Below, piece after piece: positions 37,949-49,723 of a stretch of DNA of 64,000 bases. The stretch is taken from contig OU015566.1 in assembly GCA_907165135.1 (NCBI GenBank), forward strand, positions 7,316,001 to 7,380,000, written 5' to 3'. A program made the position numbers and the translations under genes. Positions within the stretch are counted from its first letter, which is position 1. Each line of letters starts with the position of its first letter. The DNA is from Oikopleura dioica (lineage: Eukaryota > Animalia > Chordata). The notes below the pieces were generated by a model. That model saw only the letters and a program-made list of their open reading frames with translations. It was not told the DNA's origin and searched no databases.

Positions 37949-39046
37949 AAGTTCCTAAAATAAACCACGTATCAAAATTTTCTTGGCGATTTCCCACGTT
38001 ACGTCGCTTTCAAAACACACTGTTGATTTTAGTAAATCAAACTCAGATCCACTCCTCAAATTTGAAGTACAAAAGAGGGCATTGTTAAATTCTCAAGACA
38101 AAAAAGTTATAAAAGTTAATTTCTCAAATCTTCCTACAGGAGGACTCAAAACCATTTCATAATTATGAGCCTCTGTCTCTAGAACGCAGCTTGCTTACGC
38201 TTTTTTTTGGAAATCAGGAAGTCAGATAAGAACGCTCTATCAAGGTAACGGCGAGAAAGGTTTTCTAACCTGTTTTTAATTTTTAAAAATAGAATTTGTT
38301 CCCGCTAGCTTTTGATAATATTTTCATCCCTCGTAAACAGCGCTCCATCTTCCCTCGGGCGAATCCAAGCTCAATCATCCCTCAAAGGATTGGGCTCCTG
38401 ACTTATTCTAGCGAATGCAGCTCACTTAGATTTTCGGATAAGCGACAGTGAAAAAAGCAATATAATTTTAATTTGTTGGCTTTTCCTCTTTTACCCCTTT
38501 GTCAAGGCTAGCTAACGATGGGACGTGTGAGTTTATCATGACGCAGATTGATTTCGACTTGTTTCAATTGAGCCAAGTCTAAATCCTTTCGAACTTGAGA
38601 GCTTGACAAATTGCGAAGACGTTGAACGATCCTGATCCCTTTTCTCAGGTTTAGATTTTTCAACATTCGAATTTTTTTTATGAAGATCAATGATTTTTCC
38701 TTCGAAAAAAGCCGAAAAAACCGTGTAGTAAAGTTGAAATAGAGAAGAATAGAGTTGGATTCCAAAGTCATTTTTTCTAGACCTTCGTTGTTTTAGCACC
38801 GACGTTGCTATGCCCTAAGGCGTGAGCCTTCAAAACGCCCAACACAAAAGTAGTGGAAATTTCTTTTGTCCGTTCCACTTCGTCATCTGTGTCTTTTCAG
38901 GCTTTTTTGGCGGAGAGAGCTGACTGATTGCGGCACTGAAGAGCGCTGACTCGTCGCTGATAGAACCTGGGAAGCCAAGCGAAACGATAGATTATCCTCA
39001 TTCACAGAGAAAGCGGACATACACAAGAGCTTGAAAAAGAAGAAAC

Positions 39047-42000
39047 ATGGGCTGCTTTGGAGGCTGCGATAAAGACGATGGGAAGAAGGAGCACGATATC
39101 CGACAAGGTAAAATCTCATGTCTTTTACTAGCCGGTTTTCAAAGAAAAAATCGACTTTAGAATAAAAAACATAAACTGAAAGAAAAGATGAAAGATTAGA
39201 TAAATGCTCAATCTTGTAAACAAATGCAAATTGCAGTTGTAGATCGTTTTACCGAGAAATTTGACCGAAAAGTTTTAAATACAAAAAGCTCTTCGTAGGA
39301 ATATAATTGAATGAATAAGAAACAGTTAATTTATTTTCAAAAAACGTAATGCTCGCAGTATTATAAGCCCCGGAGTAAAGCCACACTGATTTTATGATGA
39401 TTACTAGGTTAATTATTCCGCTTCGAATTTCAATGCTAAAGAAGCAGTTACATGTAGATAATGTTCGAGAAGGACACTGAAAAATTCGACCTCGATCTCG
39501 AGGATGAAAAGGAAGCCACACTAGAGCAATTACAATGGATACCTCCCAGTGAGCGAGCAAATATCTAATTGCGGATGGGAAAAATAATAGGCCGACCTTT
39601 TTAATGGCAGCGCATTGACAGATCTCGCAGTTAGAGCGCGATTTATCCCGTTAGACACAGTTCGTTTGACTTACATTCATTTCAGGGCCAAACCAAAAGC
39701 GAGGATGCACGGATATCCTTTGTGCGCTCTTCTTCATGGCTTTCGTGGCATTTTGGATTGCGAGTGGTATCATGGCATTCCAGTCTGGAGACCCAATGAT
39801 GCTTATTTATCCCACTGACTCGTATGGAAACCTCTGCGGCGACCCAAACAACAACTACACTAGTGAAAAACCTTACTTGATGTATTACGACATTACTGCA
39901 TGTGGCAATGTTGGTGACACTGTTGTAAAGTAAGATTTCTATACAAACGTTATCTTACTAAAAACGAAATCATAAATTATTTTTAAGCAACGGTCAATGC
40001 GCGACGCACCAGTCCTGCAGAGCCGAATGCCCGTCGGAGTTCTGGTCATATTGGACTGATGCGTATCCTCTTATCACTGCTCAAGAGGCTGTGCTTGTAG
40101 GTGCAGGTCAAGACCCCAATGCGAATCCAATCTTAAATTGTGCCACTTCCGCGGACACTGTTGGTTGCGTTGATTTCACCAAGTTTATTTGCAAAAAACA
40201 GTACCAATCGGTAATCAACAATATCGTTTCTGGTACAACGAGTTTGGCCGAGGCGAAAACTCAGCTTGAAGAGTTGATTGAGTTTGGAGACTGTGCCGAG
40301 TACTATGTTCCATCCACTCCAGTCCAGCATAGATGCATGCCAGGAGTTCCAGGAGTTGACGAGGATGAGTTTGCGGCTAATATTTCAGGTATGTCTCTCG
40401 GGTACGAATTGATCGGTTAATTACACGGGAAACTAAAATTTATTTATGAATAGAAACAATAGTGCTCAGAAAGGGTAAGATTTCATTGATTGTTTTGTAA
40501 CATGCTGTTTCTCATGTGATGTCATTTGTAATCTTTTTAACATATGAAATTCATATTATGGATTGACAACTTTCTGATATATTATCAAAAATATTTATGC
40601 CGTATAAACGTTAACACTACCTTTAAGCAAACACCAACGCTACGGAAGAAGGCCTCATCGAAGGAATAAATGGACTTGCTAGCAATGCCGCAAGCGAAGC
40701 ATTCGACATGGCCATGGCTGACATTCAGACCACGTACCCCGTCATTCTCCTTGGCCTTTCTCTCGCCATGGTTGTTTCTTTCACCTGGATCTTTTTGATG
40801 CGCTTCTTCGCAGCTGTCATTATCTGGGTCATGATTTTTGGCTTGTTTGGTGTCCTTGCTTTTGGAACTTACTACTGCTACACTCAATACGCACTTCTAA
40901 AGGGCATGGAAGTTGTCGGAGCAAGTTTGACTGCTGATTATATTGGAGGTAAGAGCCAATATCTCTGAGAATCCATATAATCAATTCATAGGTATGGCCC
41001 AGGCATCAGGAACAGTCGAACTTTGGCTCGCCCTCTTCATCATCGCTTGCATTCTTCTCGTTGTCTTCACCGTCCTCTTGCTCTTCTTCGCCAAGCGACT
41101 CCGAATCGCTACGAGAATCATTGGAGAGGCGTCAAAGGCTATTGGAAAGATTATGAGCTCCTTATTCTTCCCTCTCTTCACCGGAGTCATGTACATGGCT
41201 GTCACTGCTTACTTTGCTCTTACCTCCGCATACATCGCTACCAGCGCTGAAGCCAAATTTCATCTTGAAAACAGAACTTCTGAAGGTAATTTCTTTAAAA
41301 ATTCGCAATCTCTACTGATTTTTAGTCAACAATTCCGTCCTTTCCATTCCCTGCGATATTCACGACTGGAACAGTGAAGACCACGAGCACTACGACAATC
41401 CCAATGTTACTTGCGTCTTTGACAAATACGTCGGAAACTACGCCTGGACAAACGAGACCGTTTACGTTCATTTGGTCAACCTCTTCGGATTTTACTGGAT
41501 GATGAACTACATCACCGCTCTTGGCCAGATGACTCTCTCCGGCGCCTTCTCTCACTGGTATTTCACCATGAAAAAGTCCGATCTGCCTGCATTCACTCTC
41601 TGGGCTTCCTTCAAGCGTACTTTCTATCACATCGGAACTATGGCTTTCGGATCTCTTATCATCGCCATCATTCAGATCATCCGAACCATCCTCAACTATA
41701 TCGGTAAGAAAGCTGTTATTTTACAAATCATAAACTATTCAATTAAAGAGCGAAAAACAAAGAAAGGAAACAACAAATTCCTCAAGGCAATCATCTGTAT
41801 GTGCAAATGCTGCATGTGGTGCCTCGAAAACGTCTTCAAATATATCAACAAAAATGCTTATATTCTGACCGCAATGTACGGTTATAATTTCTGTAAAGCT
41901 TCATGCAAGGCTGTCAAGGTACGTTCAGCTCATTTCACAGGGAAAATATTTTTCTAGCTAATTATCGCAAATGCTGCTCGCGCCGCTGCCATTCTTGGCG

Positions 42001-42551
42001 TCACAACAGTTCTCCTTTTTATTGGCAAATTCGTTGTTGCTGCTGGATGCGCTTCCTTCACCTGGGCCTTCTTTGCTGGACAGTTTGGCGATGCTGAGAC
42101 TAACAGGTAAAAAAATGAATCCAGCAAATCAGCATGAGTCTTTTTCTAGCTTCGTCCAGTTCATGAACTCCGATCCCGACAAAATCAACTACATCTGGTT
42201 CCCCACTGTCATCACCTTCATTGGTTCCTACGTCATCGCAGTTGGCTTCTTCAATGTCTATCAGATGGCCATTGAGTAAGAAATCTATAAAATTCTGTTC
42301 TTAATTTTTCTCTAGCACCATTTTCCTCTGCTTCTTGGAAGATTTGGAGCGAAATGACGGCTCTGCTGAGAAGCCGTATTTTATGAGCAAGGCATGGCAT
42401 GAAATTCTTCATAAATATGCTGTTTCATCGCGATTTTCGCTGAATTTTATGTATTTTTACAAACAAATTAATCAAGCCCTCAAAGTCCCTGATGAGTCTC
42501 CTTGGCAAGAAAAACAAAACCACTGGCGACAAAGAACTGAAGAAGATGTAA
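39047..42551 (+). CDS. Choline transporter-like protein (SLC44A family)
   Basis: [81 protein letters not shown]. Confidence 0.93.
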
Positions 42552-43949
42552 TTATTTTTTTGTACTCAGCCTTTTTTTCTATCGTATTTATTTATCCATT
42601 CCACCATTATTCGCTTCAACCTTTTTCTATCTCTATCACATCTGTGAAGACATGTGTTTTCCAACCAAAGACAGACACCCAGTTCAATTATTATCTAATA
42701 AACAGAAATGATATCAATACCGTCTGAAAATGTTCCCTGGGAACAATTTTCTGCCCTCCTTGTTGTCTTCGATAAAGAATGAAATCAACAACGACAAATA
42801 TTGTAATGCATTCTAAGTAAAGCTGATTTATTTGCACTTCTCAAATCGCTGAGTAACAGGGGAGCAAACATACTTTCTCGAGTGTTCGTAGGAGATTTTT
42901 GTTTTTGAAAAAAATGGTTGACCCGAAGAAGATCTTCGCTGAGTTTGACAGTGATAAGAGGGGGTATTTGAACAGAAAAGAGGTTCCAGATGCAATCAGA
43001 TGCTGCGGACTGAATCCATCCGAGGAAGACATTATGAAAGCTTTTCGGTAAGATACTATAACAACAAGAAAAGCAAAGAAAATTAAGGACAACAAATTGC
43101 ACGACGACAAAAGTTCAAGAAAACCAGTTTCACTCTCTTGTCAAGGAACTTCGCAAAACTAGTCTTCCCGACGAAACTCGATTACGGAATGGTTAACAGC
43201 ACTAAAAGTGTGAGCTACAACAAGTGATTGAGTATTAACCTTATAAAGGGCTGCATTCAAATCACTTGAAGATGGTTCCGACTCTGGATTGATCCCAGCA
43301 GCGGATCTTTCTCACATGTTGAAATCGAAAGGGGAGAAAGTCTCCCAAAAAGTGATCGACGATCTGCTCAGCCTCATTGACGTTGGTGTCACTACTGATA
43401 TCGATTACGAAGGTATATAAACATTTTCTGAACCAAATTGGATCAGGTTCAATTCTAGAGCTCATCGCTCTCCTCACAGCTGACCTCGAAAAAGCCGCTG
43501 GATTCTGATAACAAGAACAAAATTCACTTCAATTGAATAAACAAGCAGTTAAATAAAAATAATTTGGCATTTTAATCTCTTTCTTTCTGGAAAACCTGTT
43601 TCTGTCTATTTTAAAGATATTTTATTGCCGTTGAGATCGCTCCATTTTATTGCGCGAATCTGCCCTTTCGTACTCATAGTAAATAAGTCGATAACAGAGA
43701 AACGCAACCTTGAATATGGGGGTTGGGATAGATGCAGATAAATTTCACTTAGTGAAAGAAGAAGATTATTTACAGCCATTTCGTTTCAGCAGAGTAAGCA
43801 AAAATATAATGGTCAAAGAGGTTATTCAAATTCATTTAAAGTTGCCGCGAGATCTGAAAAAAGCTTACACAAAAAATGTTTACCAGGAATGCCCACAAAT
43901 GAACTCCTTTTCTAAGTATAAATAATTGATTTGTGAGCAATCTTAGTTC

Positions 43950-46162
43950 TATCATGAGTTCTTTCCCGGAGTCCAGGTTCATCGGAGAGGCAAAATTTAT
44001 GTCAGTGATTTGGACAAAGGTCTTGGCTTTGAATTAAAATAAACCTCTGATGATTTCGTCACTTCACACTCAGACAGAAAAATAATTCGACATCATAAAT
44101 CAGACAGCTATAGCTAGGTTAAGACTGCATCTTCACCACCTAAGTCGTAAACTAATTGTGCTGGGCGACAAAAAGTTCGAGCTTGACTCCGCCTAAATGT
44201 CATTTTTGATCTTTCTTTTCAAAAATTCAAAGCCCGTAAAGCACTAAAAGGGGCCGCTCTCACTCACTATGGCCCGGGAAGGAAGTACTATGAAAAGCTC
44301 CTAACCGAAATGCAGCGAGCTCAAGAAACGGCTGATCAGGAGCTAAGAAGCGAAGGTCAGAAATGCCCGATGATAGACTTCTACGCCGCCCGCGATTTTA
44401 TTGTCAGAATGAAGCGAATCATCGCTTGTGTGGACAACGGTTATAACGTACTGAAAACATTTAATTATGACCCTGACGACTGGGCTACCTTTTATCATAC
44501 AGCCCAACGATTTTACCAAAACTACCACGAAATGATCACAACAAATGACGGGTCAGTCGACATGGACGAAGTAAGAAAGACATATTCAGATGCAAAACGA
44601 CGATTTCCAAACAGCAAAGCATTTGAGGAGACTGCTGATGAACATGTAGAAAGTGAGTTTTCCTCAGAAATCAAAGAAAGCAAAAAGTTAATTTTCAGTC
44701 GTCAAAGCTAGATACGACCTTGACAACAGTGGCGAGCTGACTTTCGGCGAAGCTCGCGAATGGATTCTTTCTTTCGCATGGTTCTTTGATGGAGACAAGG
44801 TCAAAGAAGAAGAAGAAGCAGCCGACACGGATGCTGAAGATACTCCTTGTGGAGAAGAGCTTAGAAGCCCTACTCCTTCTTATTCTTCTGAATCGATTCC
44901 ATCATCTGTCGACGAGGAAGAATCAATCGTGGTAGAAGCAGAACTAGAATCGCCAATCAACGAAGGAATAGTAGCAGATATAACGATGGCACGCGACACA
45001 GTAATAAAAATGAAGCTTGTCAACCAGAAAATCCACCGCAGCTTGAAACTCGCGTCAACGCACGTGAGAGAAAGACGTTCAGGAATGCTGAGGTCTCTCT
45101 ACCAAAAATCTGCGTCGAAAGCCAAAACCCGATCTGGGAAGACAATAACGCACGTTGGCGCCGAGCGTGTTTATTTTACGACGCTAGGTATGAATATTGT
45201 GACCGCGCTGGACAAGGGTTACGATGAGACACTTTTTAATGCGACCAAATCGATCGAATGCTATGTCGAAGACTGCCTTCATGCTCTCAAGCAGATTATG
45301 AACGTTCTTGATCAGGAGAACTTCGCTGAAATCGTTGATGGTCAAACAATGGAAGCTACAAGCAAAATGGTCGCAAACTATTTCAAGCCACCAAAGTTCA
45401 AAAAATATGAAACAGGTTCTATTCAACTTTAAATTCTTCTCAATAAATCTGTGTTCAAGACTTCCGAAAATGGGGAGGGAAAGCAAAGAGCAATATTCTC
45501 GACAGCTTGAGTGGAATGACGCTGGAAGAGAAGGTCGACCATGATAAAGACAAGATTTACAAAGGAATTACTGCTGACTACATGGTTTTAAAAGCAAGTC
45601 TGATTTTCCGGATACTTGTCTTATTAAAATTTTAAGAATTCGAAAATGAACCCGCTTCCTCGAGCTGCAAAGGAAATATCAAAAACGCAGTGGAACTCAT
45701 ATTTTGGAGAAGTAGCAGGTTAGGACGCTGATAATACTAATGAGATTTTATAATCATTTGAACTCTAATTTAATTGCCTATTAAAATATTATAGGAAGTG
45801 CACTGACTTCTTTCCGGGAGGAAATGATGGATACTATAAATCACAGAATTACGATGCTGAACAAGTTCATAGCTAGCAAGGTTGAATTCTTGGGTAATGC
45901 CAGTCGAGCTATCAACGAGGTCGAGGTATGAGATTACTATAGTCTATAGATTAGATCATCATTATTTTTCAAGGATGGTTTATGGACATATTCTATCAAA
46001 GAATTAACCGCTCGTGTCGCCATTGAGAACCTGGCCGACGACAATATGGATCTAGTTCATGCTCTAATGAAGGAGGATTCGAAGAGTCTTTACAAGCGAG
46101 AGAAAGAAGGAAGTTCTGCAGCTTTTTCGAGCATTGCGCGAGATGTTAGACCTCGTGAATAA
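43950..46162 (+). CDS. Unknown multi-exon protein with one EF-hand-like loop
   Basis: Long open exons at 44310-44650 and 44710-45415 and downstream; YDLDNSGELTFGE fits an EF-hand loop; start not resolved. Confidence 0.5.
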
Positions 46163-46364
46163 CAAGTTTTATACCTTTTTATAATAAACACATTTTGTAA
46201 CAACCATCAAGAACAACAACAGCAACAACTTTGTGTTGATCATTGTCAGGAGCGATATTTTATTGTGATTTCTTTTTCAATTTTCGAACTGAGACAGAGA
46301 AAGATGTTTCCCACGGTGAATTCATTTTTATGAAGGGGAGGCAGATTTAATGAAGGGCTTGAGG

Positions 46365-47082
46365 CAGAGTTTGAAATGCTCGCAAATGCTCGCGAGCGCA
46401 AAGAGCGAGAGCAAAAATTTATCATTGCTCTGAGAGCAGGGGAGCGGGAGCATGAAAATGAAGTTGGCTCGAGAGCCAAAAGAGCGCGAGCCCAAATTTG
46501 AAACCGCTCGCGAGCGCGGAGAGCACGAGCACATATGTCGGCAATGCTCGGGAGCGAGACGAGCGGGAGCGGCTGCTCTCGTGCTCGCCATGAAATTGAC
46601 TCACGAGCGGCTCGCGAGCAAAATTAAAGGAACAATTTTTTGCATAATTATTCACTTTCATGGATAAATTTCTCTTGTGGATCAATTTTTCGTGTTTCCG
46701 TTTTGTGCAAGCTTCATTAGGTCCGTAATCTCAGCAGCGGAACGCGGAAAGCCGAGAGTAAACAGATAAAACATGCCCACCGCGAAGTGCTAACTCCTGT
46801 GAGAGACACTCATTTGGAATTAGTTACGGGGTCGCCGAATCATTTTAGGCTCTTGAAAGCTGCTCGCGAGTCAGATTTTTCAGCTCGCGAGCCAATCGAG
46901 CGAGAGCAAAATTTGACCAGTGCTCGGGAGCCAGGAGAGCGAGAGCGCGAAATGAAATGTGCTCGCGAGCGCAAAGAGCGCGAACGCTGAAATAAATGCG
47001 CTCGGGAGCACAAAGAGCACCATGCTCGTGCTCGCTCGCTCTCAAGTGAGCCGCTCGCGAGTCTCGAAAATTTCAAACTCTG
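46365..47082. mobile_element. hAT-like MITE
   Basis: TIR CAGAGTTTGAAAT/ATTTCAAACTCTG, 8 bp TSD GCTTGAGG, internal GCTCGCGAGC/GAGC arrays. Confidence 0.92.
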
Positions 47083-47316
47083 GCTTGAGGTACCTTTTAG
47101 TAGCATTACAGTAGAAGAAACGGTGGCAAGAGAAAAACGGTGGCTTATATGTTGTTTTAGTGAAAAAAAGGGTTTGAATATGTTTGATGGTGATGTGAGT
47201 TGATGATGAAGTGATGAAGGTAGCTCGTTAGAAGAGCGTTGCTATGATGGGTCGTGGAATGCGTTTCGGTGAATATATGAATGGCTAATATTTTTGAGTA
47301 AGTATGAGAAAGATGA

Positions 47317-49517
47317 TTAAACTTTTCTAGAACCCGGCCCTTGAAGTGTAGGACATGAGTAGTCGACGATTGGACCTTCCGAGTTCCAGATCATGAAAAC
47401 GATGATGGACAAGAGTGCGCACCAGACAGCAGAAATCATCGTAAGAACGGGGTATTTTACCAGAGAGCGTGTTGCTGGTTTCGGCTAATAACAGCTATTA
47501 AAATTTATAACGCAAATGGAAAAGATACCTGAGAGACAAAGAGAGAAGATAACTTTGGGTCACTCTCTTTTTGACCTCCTTGATGGGCGAAGTTTGAATC
47601 GCAGCATTCGTCACCGGAACCTTTTTAGCTTTTTTCTCTGGAGTCTTTCGGGTCTGAGTGATCGCTCTAAAACAGCTTGACAAGACTGAAAAAAACGATG
47701 AAGCTATACCTGACAGTTTTCAATTCTCGCTCAAGTCGCGCAACAGTTTCCAGGCCCTCTTCTCTTTCTTTCATCGCAATCTCAGCTTTGCGAGTTGCTT
47801 CGTCTAGCTTTTTCTTGAGGCTTTGCATCTCTTCATGCTGGAAACTCCTGTAGTCAGTGCTTTGCTCAAACTCATCCTGCAAATTCTGAAAAAGTTATGT
47901 TGGCAGTGAGCTTGATTTATTTGAAGATAGAATTAAAAGATATATCCAAAAGATTTGTATGGAACCTTTTGTTTCTTGATTTGCTCTTCGGGGGAGAAGT
48001 AAATGACCTCCCCAGAGTCGTGCATTTTCTCCTCGAGCTCGTGGACGCGCGATTTGTACTCTTCGACCTCGCGGCATTTAGCCTCGGATTCTTTGACCAC
48101 TTGAGAGCAGCGGAACTTCTCGTCTTCCAGGTTCTTTCGAAGCTCTTCGCAGTTCATTCTCAGCTCTTTCACTTGATTTGCCATTTCCTGGAAAACATAA
48201 GCGCCAGAAGTAAGATTCTGGGAATTACCTGGCGATCAATGGTCATCTCTTGGCGGAGCACAATATTTCTCGATCGCTCTTCTTCGAGATCCGAGATCAA
48301 TTGGTCCTTCTCTCCAGTCAATATATTCACTCTTTCCCAAGCTTTCTCACAGTCTTCATTGACCGACTTGAGCTCCAGTTCAAGCTCCTTGATTCGCGCA
48401 TCTTTCTTGCGACTGCCCTCTCTGATCTCATTCATGTGATCTAAAACGCATTTAATCAACTTGAATTTAATCTGGAAACGAACCTATGTCAGAGTTGAGA
48501 TTTTCATTCGTCAGCTTCATCATTTTATACTGTTTCTTCATCTGCTCCAGCTCGTCTTCGATCGCTTTGTAATCCCTTTCTTTCACATCCAGAGTCTGCT
48601 GCAAGCGCTCATTCTCAGAAAGACTTTTCTGGTAGTAAGTCTTGTAGTTCGCGATCTCAGCTGCCAATTTCGAATTGCAGAGCTCCATCGAGTTGGATTC
48701 TTTGAGCTTTTTCTGTGGACTCGCGCCTCCATAACCTGAAGATAAGATTAGAGTCTCTTCTATGATTTCAGTTAAAAATCAAGTCGTGTAAATGTGTGTC
48801 AAACTAAAGCGAAAAAATCGTGCGATAAATGTCAATTCGTTTTAACTGAATAAATGTTTACCGATGTTGGTGATCTCTCCCAAGGGCGCTAAAAGATTGT
48901 TAAAATAGTCTGGTCAGTTACCTGTGTAGCTCCCAACAGATATAGTCTCCTCAAACAAGGGGCGATTTAGGTGAGCTGGAATCGAAAACGAGCGAGTAAT
49001 CGACGAAAGCTGACTGACTGAATCTCGATTCTCTTCCGATACCGAAGATGCCGGGGAATGCCCTGTTTGTTGGTCAATTTAGTTTGTCTCTTTCAACTCG
49101 AAAACAATACCTTGGGAATAAATTCCAGAAATGTCAGGCCGACTGTCAGAGAGCTGTGAGGTATTGCACAAGTCTGCAAAGCTGTCGTTGTAGTACGAAC
49201 CTTCCTCTGCGTTTTGACACTCTGCAAGCCAGTTGCTGAAGATGAGGAGAAAGTCCTCTTGTCTTATTCGCAGAATTTCGCTCCCAAGTTCCTCCTCAAT
49301 TTTACTCGCTAGCATTTCGATGAATTGAGCAGGGACCCCTAAAACTCATAAAAGTCTGTTTTTATCAAGCCAAAATCTAACCGAAAAGATTGAGCTTGTT
49401 TAAAACATCTTCTTTTGGAAGCCCAATATCGGCAGGAGCGTTCTCTTTGTCCTCATTGACAAGGTCAGGGTTGCTGTAGATATTACTCACGATTTCAGCC
49501 GGATCGAAGCCTATCAT
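47317..49517 (-). CDS. KASH5/LRMP-like tail-anchored coiled-coil protein
   Basis: IRQEDFLLIFSNWLAECQ resembles the KASH5 N-terminal VDLDTFLVVMRDWIAACQ (recalled); long coiled coil; C-terminal TM VLTMISAVWCALLSIIVFMIW. Confidence 0.55.
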
Positions 49518-49723
49518 CGTCTAAAAAGAGCGAGTTATAATAGGAAAGAAGTTTGATAAATGATTTTTGGTTGGAGAATTGTTGAAAATGTGGAAAATAA
49601 TATTATCAGTTATTACAAGATAAATGGCTGTGATGAACTATCTGGGAGATTATGGGCGGGCAAGTTAGCAAGCAGCGGTATACAGCTTCAGTGAGTTATA
49701 TTTTCATTTTCAATTAGTACAGA

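Noticed and set aside
38300-38666. Short ORF resembling a mitochondrial transit peptide
   Set aside because: No in-frame downstream exon could be established
46246-47106. Overlapping Arg/Glu/Ala-rich ORFs on both strands
   Set aside because: Artefacts of the GCTCGCGAGC repeat array inside the MITE
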